Source: a virus
Reading direction: 5' to 3' (one strand)
Length of the DNA: 36,735 bases
IMG/VR virus record: IMGVR_UViG_3300045988_027065
Coordinates: 1 to 36,735 of that record
The notes under the pieces were generated by a model that worked only from the letters and a program-made list of their open reading frames with translations, ran no database searches and had not been told where the DNA came from. The position numbers were made by a program, and so were the translations under genes. Below, piece after piece: positions 6,137 through 13,351 of this stretch (position 1 is its first letter; the number at the start of each line of letters is the position of its first letter).

Positions 6137-6218
6137 TGTATTTGTTTGAAAATCTGTGCTTTGAAAATCCACGAGGAATCATGCAGGATCATGCTGAATC
6201 AGGCAAAAATACAGTCTA

Positions 6219-6239
6219 TTGTTAGCGTAATCGTTAGCA
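6219..6239 (+). repeat. Putative integrase arm-type site (TTGTTAGCGTAATCGTTAGCA), copy 2
   Basis: Direct repeat of 5968-5987 with one substitution and one extra base. Confidence 0.45.
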
Positions 6240-6240
6240 C

Positions 6241-6717
6241 TTATCCCACGACAATCCCATGATAGTATGCTGCCAGCTTGGCTTCCGGCCCCGGGCCGTC
6301 CTTGTCAAACAAAAACGCCTTTGCGAGGTCGGCGTAAAACTCTACCTTGTTGCATCCGTGCTTTGTTGCCACGCTGCAATAGTCCGAGTACATCATATTC
6401 ATGGCGGCATTCCATCCATTCGGTGTAATGTGCTCCATTACTACCCCTGCGGTTTTTGCCGCGTCGGTGGTCTGGGCTACTGTCCAATGTCCACCGGTGC
6501 TACCATCATCGTTTTTCATGTTGGCATTCCATGTCTCCAATGCGTGATCGTCCAGCTTCTCACTATGGCATACACAATGTTCCATGTCATTGACGTGCTC
6601 CCAGCACTCGATCATAGCATCAACAGCGGCCATGGATCTAGTCCCGATTGGCTGATCGAGGTATTCCGCCAATTCGTGCTCCAACTTGGATTTATAATCG
6701 CTCAATTTGGATTTCAT
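6241..6717 (-). CDS. Hypothetical protein E of the moron cassette (158 aa)
   Basis: ATG at 6717 is preceded by GAGGTGA, 10 nt after the upstream stop. Motif NAAMNMMYSDYCSVATKHG...FYADLAKAFLFDKD. No family recognised. Confidence 0.6.
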   Translation of the reverse strand: MKSKLSDYKSKLEHELAEYLDQPIGTRSMAAVDAMIECWEHVNDMEHCVCHSEKLDDHALETWNANMKNDDGSTGGHWTVAQTTDAAKTAGVVMEHITPNGWNAAMNMMYSDYCSVATKHGCNKVEFYADLAKAFLFDKDGPGPEAKLAAYYHGIVVG

Positions 6718-6727
6718 GGCGATCACC

Positions 6728-7168
6728 TCACGCCAGCTTTACGGCGCTTGCGCATACATGGGAAACCGTGCCTGCTACACCGCCGAGCGTCGCGCTGATT
6801 GTTGGAGCGCCATTGCAGCACACTGGGACATATATTGTAGTCTCTGCGTGGAGCGTGTACACAGAGCCAGCGGCTACCGTTTCCTGCGCATTGAGGCAAG
6901 GGAGCGTTGCCGTGTCCTTGAGTCCCTGGAGCACCGCCACGCCAGCAGCTGACGGTGTGAAGGTCACGTCATAGGATACGCGGTAAAGTCCAGAGGCGTT
7001 GATCCGGAAGCCCCCTGTGACTGTATCCACAGAGCATCCGGTATCAGTGTTGAGCACGCCCAGCACGGATACTGGGGTGCCGGTGGCAACAAACGCCTGT
7101 GATGCGTCGTTATAAGCGTTCTGGGCGCTCTTATAGTGGGGATTTTTAAGATTTCTGTTGCAGCTCAT
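6728..7168 (-). CDS. BclA C-terminal-domain-like (C1q/TNF jelly-roll-like) protein without a collagen region (146 aa)
   Basis: The pattern GTPVSVLG...FRINASGLYRVSYDVTF...VAVLQGLKD...TLHAETTIYV...ISATLGG...ASAVKLA resembles exosporium BclA C-terminal domains. RBS AAAGGAGA upstream. Confidence 0.45.
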   Translation of the reverse strand: MSCNRNLKNPHYKSAQNAYNDASQAFVATGTPVSVLGVLNTDTGCSVDTVTGGFRINASGLYRVSYDVTFTPSAAGVAVLQGLKDTATLPCLNAQETVAAGSVYTLHAETTIYVPVCCNGAPTISATLGGVAGTVSHVCASAVKLA

Positions 7169-7188
7169 ATTGTTCTCCTTTCAGAAAT

Positions 7189-7212
7189 GCCCGGGGCAAA
7201 TCCGCCCCGGGC
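7189..7212 (-). terminator. GC-rich 9-bp hairpin between cassette genes C and D (weak T-tract; attenuator or stabiliser)
   Basis: On the minus strand: GCCCGGGGC-ggattt-GCCCCGGGC followed by ATTTCT. Confidence 0.4.
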
Positions 7213-7243
7213 TTATCGCTGTTAGAGCGGTTTTTGAACGTTG

Positions 7244-7879
7244 TTATGCGCACCCGCAGCCGCTATTGCAGCCGCAGAACGGGGAAGGCCCGGCGGTGTA
7301 AGTGTAGCCGTTGGGATAGCGAACCACACCATACATGCGGTTGTCAGCCTCCAGAGCAGAGACCTTATCCCGCAGGCTCTGGATCTCGTTTGCCTGCATC
7401 AGTGCCCTGGTCTGCTCACCCTCGGCGTGGATCGCCGTAGTGATGTCGCAGGTCTGTCGGTCAATTTGTGCGGACAGGTTTGCGGTGGCCAGTCGATTCT
7501 CGCAGCAGCACTGAGCAATCTGAGACTGGATGGCATTCCCAGTCTGCATGATTGTGGTGTTGGTGCCAGCCTGCGCCAGTGCGACCTCCTTGCCGAGCTG
7601 CCCGATATTGCCCTGCATCTCATACCCGAGGTTGCAGATTCCGTTGCCGAGATTTGTCAGCCGGTCATTGATCTGGCCAAACTGCTGTCCATAAAGGATC
7701 TCCTGCTGGGATGCCGCCGTGGCGTACTGTCCATACTCTCCCTGGCGGTTAAACCCACTCCAACCTCCGCCCATGATGACAAACAGAAACAGGATGATGA
7801 TCCACCATGCACCGTTGCCCGCCATTCCGTCAGCGTCCTTGGTTACAGCCGCGAGATCGGAAAGAGAATAGTTTTCCAC
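7244..7879 (-). CDS. Membrane protein C of the cassette: one TM, Q/N-rich helical repeats, CCC motif and Cys-rich tail FCGCNSGCGCA (211 aa)
   Basis: GTG start with AAGGAG 7 nt upstream. TM is WWIIILFLFVIMGGGW. Motifs IAQCCCENR and the C-terminal CGCNSGCGCA. Confidence 0.6.
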   Translation of the reverse strand: MENYSLSDLAAVTKDADGMAGNGAWWIIILFLFVIMGGGWSGFNRQGEYGQYATAASQQEILYGQQFGQINDRLTNLGNGICNLGYEMQGNIGQLGKEVALAQAGTNTTIMQTGNAIQSQIAQCCCENRLATANLSAQIDRQTCDITTAIHAEGEQTRALMQANEIQSLRDKVSALEADNRMYGVVRYPNGYTYTAGPSPFCGCNSGCGCA

Positions 7880-7925
7880 TGTATCACTCCTTTTGTAATT
7901 TATATAATCCCGTTGCGCACCGGGG

Positions 7926-8141
7926 TTATTTCAAAAATTTTGAAAATTCTTGCGCTTGCGCTTTGAGCTGATTAAATTGCTCCTGCGACATTTGCCCGGA
8001 GGCTAGGAGCTGCTCCACTTGCTTTCGCGCGCCGTCCGGCGTCATTCCCGCCGCAAACTCGCGAAATTTGGAGATCATAGCCATTGGATTATTTTGTTGG
8101 CTTTGGCTTTGCGGCAGAAACTGGTTCAGCGGATTTACCAT
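7926..8141 (-). CDS. Small Q-rich protein B (71 aa), start embedded in the 3' end of gene A
   Basis: ATG at 8141 with GGAGGA 8 nt upstream. 53-nt out-of-frame overlap with the upstream gene. Confidence 0.5.
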   Translation of the reverse strand: MVNPLNQFLPQSQSQQNNPMAMISKFREFAAGMTPDGARKQVEQLLASGQMSQEQFNQLKAQAQEFSKFLK

Positions 8142-8463
8142 TTACAATTTCCTCCAATCGTTTAATTCGGTTTTCTAAATCACCGACAGATGCCGTCTGT
8201 GCGTCCTGATGAGGAGCTATATCAAATGCTCTAACCGTTTTGTACCCGGCACCGTCAGTCTGACAGAGCCAAATCAGCGGGGCAGTATCATCCATCACGA
8301 TAGCACTGCTATTGGGAGCCATTTGGAGCGCCTGTGCTCCATTCTGGCCGTTGACATGGATCACCTCAGTCCTCTGCGGCTGTTGATTGTAGCCGCCATA
8401 TTGATTCCCATATCCTGTATAGCCGCCATATTGATTGCCATATGGCATATATCCATAGGCCAT
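8089..8463 (-). CDS. Protein A: Gly/Tyr/Asn/Gln low-complexity N-terminus, globular core, C-terminal coiled coil (124 aa)
   Basis: AGGAGGTGA lies 5 nt before the ATG at 8463. The N-terminus is MAYGYMPYGNQYGGYTGYGNQYGGYNQQPQ. Confidence 0.65.
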   Translation of the reverse strand: MAYGYMPYGNQYGGYTGYGNQYGGYNQQPQRTEVIHVNGQNGAQALQMAPNSSAIVMDDTAPLIWLCQTDGAGYKTVRAFDIAPHQDAQTASVGDLENRIKRLEEIVNGKSAEPVSAAKPKPTK

Positions 8464-8558
8464 ATTACTCACCTCCTGATTTAATGTTAGCACGTATATC
8501 TGCCAGCTGGAATGCGCATATATTGCTCAAAAAATATTCAAAAAATCTTGAAAAAAGC

Positions 8559-8587
8559 TTGACATACCGCCCGATGGGCGTTATAAT
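8559..8587 (+). promoter_or_regulatory. Perfect consensus sigma-70-type promoter TTGACA-17 nt-TATAAT
   Basis: Read directly: -35 at 8559-8564 and -10 at 8582-8587. The spacer contains the small palindrome CGCCCgatGGGCG. Confidence 0.75.
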
Positions 8588-8618
8588 ATAGACAGTTAAT
8601 AACAAGGGGGAACCAAAA

Positions 8619-8966
8619 ATGGAAGAGCTGGTTTTGAATGCGCTGATCGAGAACAACAACAAATACTGTGTATATGGCCTCCGCACGGATGACCGTGTAC
8701 TCAAAGTTGGGGACGAGCTCGGGTGCTCCCGTGATCTGTACTGGGAAAACACCGAAGAAACCTATCTCTCAGGCACCTGCGCTACCGGCTTTGGATACCT
8801 CTGGTACGATGAGGATGACATTGATGAGGTGCGCAAGGCGCTGGCGCGTCAGCAGGACTATGACGGCGCACACATGTACCTGATCGCCGGTGATGACAGC
8901 GAGTACGGCAACGACCCGGCTGAGATCATCATCCGCAACGCCGTGGTGGTTACAGCGATCAGATAA
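8619..8966 (+). CDS. Acidic hypothetical protein (115 aa), first gene of the plus-strand moron
   Basis: RBS GGGGGA upstream. No recognisable motif. Confidence 0.6.
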   Translation: MEELVLNALIENNNKYCVYGLRTDDRVLKVGDELGCSRDLYWENTEETYLSGTCATGFGYLWYDEDDIDEVRKALARQQDYDGAHMYLIAGDDSEYGNDPAEIIIRNAVVVTAIR

Positions 8967-9019
8967 TACAGCGGGCATCTGATGGAGTGAGAATAATGTA
9001 GACTAAGGAGGTCAAAAAA

Positions 9020-9310
9020 ATGAAAACAATCTCAATTTATTACAACACTGGCAACATCGGCAGCGCCAACATGGCGTATCTCCGCTGCATGGACGGTGTG
9101 TGGCAGTGGATTCCGGCACCGTCTCCCAGCGTGTTGGGTGCCAGCGCTGATGATCGGCGTGCATGGGCTACCAATCCTGATTATCCCAAACTCAGCGCAG
9201 ATGTCGCCCAGCGCCTTGCTACAACGCCTGTGGATCAGTACACATACCAGATGATTTTCGGTATTCCGGGCGATGATCCAGAATACCGGTGGATGACATT
9301 AAAAAATTGA
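9020..9310 (+). CDS. Hypothetical protein (96 aa)
   Basis: Strong RBS TAAGGAGGT upstream. The stop is 1 nt before the next start. Confidence 0.6.
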   Translation: MKTISIYYNTGNIGSANMAYLRCMDGVWQWIPAPSPSVLGASADDRRAWATNPDYPKLSADVAQRLATTPVDQYTYQMIFGIPGDDPEYRWMTLKN

Positions 9311-9311
9311 G

Positions 9312-9536
9312 GTGACAAAAATGACACCAGCCGAACAGGTCAAATCCATCCGGGCCAGCACCGGCCTGTCTCAGGTTAAATTTGCCGCAGCGTTTGGAAT
9401 CTATCCACGCACACTGCAAAAATGGGAGGGCGGTGAGCGGAACCCGCCGCCATATGTAATCAACCTCCTGCGGATCGCTGTGGAATACACGATGCCGAAC
9501 ACCAATCTCACCGATCTCGCAGACGATCATGGCTGA
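9312..9536 (+). CDS. Small XRE/MqsA-HigA-like HTH protein (74 aa)
   Basis: IRASTGLSQVKFAAAFGIYPRTLQKWEGGERNPPPYVINLLRI matches the antitoxin-type HTH pattern. RBS GAGGTGA upstream. Confidence 0.65.
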   Translation: MTKMTPAEQVKSIRASTGLSQVKFAAAFGIYPRTLQKWEGGERNPPPYVINLLRIAVEYTMPNTNLTDLADDHG

Positions 9537-9656
9537 GCGGATTGCCCCTGGCCAGAGGTACGGCAGGCTAACCATCATCAGCGGCACCACCGGCGTGTTG
9601 TGGGACAAATCCGTGCGGGTGTTGAAAGCGCACATCACATTTAAGGGTCACAAGAA

Positions 9657-9722
9657 AACACCCCCACCTTTTGATATGTACCCAGTATTGGGGGTACATA
9701 TCATTTCGGTGGGGGTGTTTTT
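9657..9722. terminator. Large nested bidirectional terminator between convergent units
   Basis: AACACCCCCACC...GATATGTACCC-loop-GGGTACATATC...GGTGGGGGTGTT, with T-tracts on both strands. Confidence 0.75.
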
Positions 9723-9723
9723 G

Positions 9724-9921
9724 CTAAACCCTATCTATTTTCCGCTTTACCTTGCCGGAAATACGCCGGATGCCGCCCATAGAATAATCCAGTTCCCCGC
9801 AGCAATCCTCTAATGTAGCGCCGCTGGCTCTCAGATCAAAAAACGCCATTTCAGTGTCTGTAAAATTACATAAACTTCTAAATCTATCTAATTCCGGCTT
9901 TGTGTAGTCTTTGATCTGCAT
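9724..9921 (-). CDS. Small sigma-70 region-4/LuxR-like HTH protein (65 aa from MQIKDY)
   Basis: ATG at 9921 is preceded by GGGGGT. FTDTEMAFFDLRASGATLEDCCGELDYSMGGIRRISGKVKRKI resembles region-4 HTH. It is the last gene before the terminator. Confidence 0.45.
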   Translation of the reverse strand: MQIKDYTKPELDRFRSLCNFTDTEMAFFDLRASGATLEDCCGELDYSMGGIRRISGKVKRKIDRV

Positions 9922-9933
9922 TTTTACCCCCAA

Positions 9934-10956
9934 TTACACTCGATTCAATATGATAATTGCTCTCAATGCGCTCTCACTCATATCCAGCACCATATTCTCC
10001 CCAGTGCCGCTCTTGCCCTTGAACTTCCCGGCTTCAATCAGCGGGTCGATCTCCTTCCGGTAGTAGTCCGGCAGGTCGGAGCGCAGATGGTAATACCGCT
10101 CCATGGGCCGGAGCTTGCCGTCTGCCCCCAGTCCCACCAAGCGGTTTGTCATCATCTTGCCGTCCGCTCCCAGATAATAGGTGCCGGTGCTGTCCACTTT
10201 CCATGTATCCATCAGCATATACCCCTTTTCGTCAAAATAGTACCAGTTGCCGCCGAGCTTCGCCCAGCAGTCTGCATAATAAGTTGTCTCCGTATCGGCG
10301 TACCACCACCCCTTGCTGTCCTTGTGCCAGCCGAGGGTGTATTTTTTCCTCAGCAGCGCTGTGTTTTCCAGCAGATTGACGTCAAACCGCCCGGAACAAC
10401 CCGGAATGGTGTAGCTGCTGGAATACTGCCAGATGTCATGCCCCGCCGCGCTGGCCGTGCTGGAATACTGGGCATACCACTGTACATACCCGCCGACTTG
10501 ATCCATGTCCACATATTTGCGGAGATAGTCCAGATTGTAGTATGTACCGGTCGTATAGCCAGCCGCCTTGATCGTCTCACAGAATGCCACAGTATGGGCG
10601 TTAAACGCCTCCTTGCCCAGGGTGACGCCCTGCTTCTTGGCATAGTTCACAGTATCGTACTCAAAATCGAAGAACACCGGGAGGGTGATCTTGTCCTTGT
10701 ACGGCTCCAGCAACTTGAGGACAAATGCCGCCTCCGCTTTTGCCCCTGCAGCGGTCAGAGCATAGGAAAAATGATAGATGCCGATGGGGATACTTTGCGC
10801 CGCAGCTCCTGCCATGTTTGCCGCAAACTGTTTGTCAACGTGGCTGGTGCCGTATCCGGTGCGGATGACTGTGAATCCGATACCGGCTTTTTTGACCGCA
10901 GGCCAGTTGACCACGCCGTTATGCTCGGAAACATCAATGCCGATGATTTTTCCCAT
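9934..10956 (-). CDS. Endolysin: GH25 muramidase, cell-wall-binding (CW_binding_1-like) repeats, and a C-terminal extension
   Basis: IGIDVSEHNGVVNWPAVKKAGIGFTVIRTGYG...GIYHFSYA is GH25-like. GWWYADTETTYYADCWAKLGGNWYYFDEKGYMLMDTW contains aromatic-Gly repeats. Confidence 0.85.
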   Translation of the reverse strand: MGKIIGIDVSEHNGVVNWPAVKKAGIGFTVIRTGYGTSHVDKQFAANMAGAAAQSIPIGIYHFSYALTAAGAKAEAAFVLKLLEPYKDKITLPVFFDFEYDTVNYAKKQGVTLGKEAFNAHTVAFCETIKAAGYTTGTYYNLDYLRKYVDMDQVGGYVQWYAQYSSTASAAGHDIWQYSSSYTIPGCSGRFDVNLLENTALLRKKYTLGWHKDSKGWWYADTETTYYADCWAKLGGNWYYFDEKGYMLMDTWKVDSTGTYYLGADGKMMTNRLVGLGADGKLRPMERYYHLRSDLPDYYRKEIDPLIEAGKFKGKSGTGENMVLDMSESALRAIIILNRV

Positions 10957-10959
10957 CCG

Positions 10960-11223
10960 TCAATCCTCCTTTTTGGCCTGCTTAGCAATCTGATTTACGC
11001 CCGTAGCCGCAAAGCCAGACACAGCGCCGATCGCCGCCGCCGTGATAGGATCGTCCGCCGGGAAATCCGGCATGATGTACAGAGCCACGATGCCAAGCAC
11101 CAGACCAGCAATTCCGCAGATAACCGGGATCCACTTGTTAGCCAGACCAGAGGATTTAACACCCTGCCCGATGAGATAGGCGAGTACGGTGATAGCCGCA
11201 ACGCCAGCAATGCCAAAATCCAT
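10960..11223 (-). CDS. Holin (87 aa, multi-TM)
   Basis: MDFGIAGVAAITVLAYLIG...KWIPVICGIAGLVLGIVALYI...AAAIGAVSGFAATG with a charged tail KQAKKED. It lies directly upstream of the endolysin. Confidence 0.75.
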   Translation of the reverse strand: MDFGIAGVAAITVLAYLIGQGVKSSGLANKWIPVICGIAGLVLGIVALYIMPDFPADDPITAAAIGAVSGFAATGVNQIAKQAKKED

Positions 11224-11236
11224 GATTACGCCCTCC

Positions 11237-11476
11237 TTAATCGTCGTGTTTTTCTGCATCTTCTAAATCCTTGATTCGGTGGTTAATCACCTTGATTTGT
11301 TCCTCCACCACCGGAACGCGCCGTGCGAAATTGTTGTGTTCCCTAACCTCACGGGTCAGCTCGTCAATTTTCGTCTCCGTGACCGCCTGACTTTTGCCGT
11401 TTGAAATCAGAATGCCAACCAGAGTGACACCGCCGGTGATAACCGCCGTGATAACCGCGCTTAAAACGTCGCTCAA
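11237..11476 (-). CDS. XhlA-like lysis-associated membrane protein (79 aa, TTG start)
   Basis: N-terminal TM VITAVITGGVTLVGILI followed by coiled coil. RBS AAGGAGG lies 7 nt before the TTG. The position matches PBSX xhlA. Confidence 0.45.
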   Translation of the reverse strand: MSDVLSAVITAVITGGVTLVGILISNGKSQAVTETKIDELTREVREHNNFARRVPVVEEQIKVINHRIKDLEDAEKHDD

Positions 11477-11631
11477 GCGTTTTCCTCCTTTTCCGCCAGC
11501 TTTTCTGCCAGCTCCGCATACTCGTCCGTGGTCAGACGGTCAGCCGCCAGATAGGCGTCCATTTTCTCCTGCAACCCATCGGTTTTTCCCCGGGAGATCA
11601 GCAGCAGGCACAGATTTTTTACACTCGTCAT
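11473..11631 (-). CDS. XkdX-like small protein (52 aa)
   Basis: Hand translation gives MTSVKNLCLLLISRGKTDGLQEKMDAYLAADRLTTDEYAELAEKLAEKEENA. ATGA overlap with the upstream gene. The length and ...LTTDEY... pattern are XkdX-like. Confidence 0.45.
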   Translation of the reverse strand: MTSVKNLCLLLISRGKTDGLQEKMDAYLAADRLTTDEYAELAEKLAEKEENA

Positions 11632-11903
11632 AACGTTTCACCTCCATTCAGCTCCAGCATGCACAGCCGGTACTCATGATCCGCCGTCAGCTCCAGCAGG
11701 GTGTCCTCGGTGCTGGGCGCAGCATCCGCCTCATAGGGCGTGTAGATCATCACGGGCTCATAGTCCTCATCTGTGTAGGCAAATTTTGTGATGTTGTCGA
11801 TGGGCACCGCATCCGGGCGGATGCGCACGGTCTGGGTGAGGCTGCCCTTTGCGGCATCATACTCGGTGATCTCTTCCATGGCCTCGTTCAAAATGGTCAT
11901 TCC
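11628..11903 (-). CDS. Hypothetical protein downstream of the receptor-binding protein (91 aa; positional equivalent of PBSX XkdW)
   Basis: Internal ATG (MTILNEAMEE) lies just after the upstream stop. The longer ORF-track form would overlap the upstream gene. Confidence 0.5.
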   Translation of the reverse strand, partial: GMTILNEAMEEITEYDAAKGSLTQTVRIRPDAVPIDNITKFAYTDEDYEPVMIYTPYEADAAPSTEDTLLELTADHEYRLCMLELNGGETL

Positions 11904-11914
11904 AGATTCCTCCT

Positions 11915-13336
11915 TTACACGCCGCAGGCGTAGATATAGATGTCCGTTGAGATGCTGGCCGTGCTGGTAGTGGTCACAAATGCCATGTAGGCATTTGCAA
12001 TCGTGTCCGCCCCGGAGGCCGGGGTGGACGGAATCGCCCAAATTGGCTTGTTGTTCACACTGCGCACCCCCACATACATGGTGGGTTTCTCGGTAAAATT
12101 CACCGGATAGGGATAGGGCACAGTGGATGAGTAGTACAGGCTGCCGCTGGCCTGTTTTATCTCATGCTGGAGCGTCGTCCGGAGCCAGCACTCCTTTTTC
12201 CCGTCGTTCCAAATGCGATACCGCCACGCCCCGGAGGTGCCCTCCTGCGCAACGTAGGATGCCGGTGCCGGGCGCTCATCCCATGCATACCACTGGCTGT
12301 TGGTGTAGCACCGGGTGGCCACATAGCCGCTGCCCGTGTTGAAGCTCACGAAGGTCTGATAGATCACGTTGCTTGTTGGGCTTGTGGTGACAATCAGCAT
12401 GCCGGTGCCGCCGTTGGGGGTGTTGGTCACCGTGGTCTTGTTCAGCCAGTACAGCCCAGCGCCTGTGTAGTCATTGATGTTCGCGGACGAACCGGACACC
12501 ATCTGATCCAGCGGGGAGGCCGGGCTGATCTCCACCCATTTCTCGCTCCACTTCCCCGTGGCGGCGTAGTAGGTGCGCAGCCACCGGCGGCCCAGCACCG
12601 GCTCGTATTCCTCCAGCTCCACGGTGATGTGCTCGCTGCCGGTGGGATTTCTGACCGGGTACACCGTCCGCCGGGCCCAGAAGCCCCCGGAGGTCACGGG
12701 GCTGTTCGTCAGGGTAGAGGCGTCCTCGGTCATGATGGTGGCGGGCTGGTTCTTCTCCGCCGTCAGGGTGTTGCCCTCCCCGGTGGCAATGGCGAGGACG
12801 TTGGTGGAAACCCCGGTGTCGTAGCGCCGCCATGCCCCGTAGGGAATCAGCCAGCGCTTGTAGGCGTCCGCCTCGGCGGCGCTGGCGGCGGCGGCATTGG
12901 CACTGGTGGCGGCGTTGGAGGCGGCAGTCTGGGCGGCGTTTTTAAGCTGCTGGAAGCTGCTGAAAACCGTTTCGGACAGGTCGGGATTCTCCGGCAGCGC
13001 CGAAGGCTCCACCACCAGAAGGAAGGTGGCGGAGCCTAAAATGGTGCCGGATTTGGTAACGGTCAGCTGACAGCGAACGTCCCCGGCCACGGCGGCCATC
13101 TGCTCCGTCACCGTAAAGCTGACGCCGGTGCCGGAGAAGCTGGCGGTGGAGGAGAAGCTCTTGCCGTCGGGCTTGGTGCCCTCCACGGTGACGGCCGACC
13201 CGGCGGGCACCGAAAAGGCGCCGGAGCCGTTCCACAGGGTCATGGTGATGGTGCGGCTGCCCTTGTCAAACTGCCGCACCGGCACTCGCAGGGGATTGCC
13301 CCCGGGGATCATGTTCAGGGAATAGGTTTGGTTCAT
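11915..13336 (-). CDS. Receptor-binding / tail fibre protein with a BppU-like N-terminal domain (473 aa)
   Basis: N-terminus LNMIPGGNPLRVPVRQFDKGSRTITMTLWNG...VRCQLTVT is BppU_N-like. An Ala-rich coiled coil is followed by a roughly 300-aa C-terminal head. Confidence 0.7.
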   Translation of the reverse strand: MNQTYSLNMIPGGNPLRVPVRQFDKGSRTITMTLWNGSGAFSVPAGSAVTVEGTKPDGKSFSSTASFSGTGVSFTVTEQMAAVAGDVRCQLTVTKSGTILGSATFLLVVEPSALPENPDLSETVFSSFQQLKNAAQTAASNAATSANAAAASAAEADAYKRWLIPYGAWRRYDTGVSTNVLAIATGEGNTLTAEKNQPATIMTEDASTLTNSPVTSGGFWARRTVYPVRNPTGSEHITVELEEYEPVLGRRWLRTYYAATGKWSEKWVEISPASPLDQMVSGSSANINDYTGAGLYWLNKTTVTNTPNGGTGMLIVTTSPTSNVIYQTFVSFNTGSGYVATRCYTNSQWYAWDERPAPASYVAQEGTSGAWRYRIWNDGKKECWLRTTLQHEIKQASGSLYYSSTVPYPYPVNFTEKPTMYVGVRSVNNKPIWAIPSTPASGADTIANAYMAFVTTTSTASISTDIYIYACGV

Positions 13337-13351
13337 TGCTGTACCTCCATA

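Noticed and set aside
7241-7966. 241-aa plus-strand ORF
   Set aside because: It is antisense to cassette gene C, which has an AAGGAG RBS, a TM segment and structured repeats. It shows no start signals.
9529-9813. 94-aa plus-strand ORF
   Set aside because: It spans the nested bidirectional terminator and the antisense of the 9724-9921 gene. It has no RBS.
10087-11274. 395-aa plus-strand ORF
   Set aside because: It is antisense to the endolysin and holin genes, whose products carry clear GH25 and holin motifs. Its translation is Arg/His/Pro/Cys-rich with no RBS, which is typical of a shadow ORF in GC-rich coding DNA.
12164-13039. 291-aa plus-strand ORF, plus the other ORFs overlapping 12.1-14.0 kb
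   Set aside because: They lie in a very GC-rich stretch of the receptor-binding and Tal genes. The translations are Gly/Arg/Pro/His runs, and the minus-strand frames carry the BppU-like and prophage-tail motifs.
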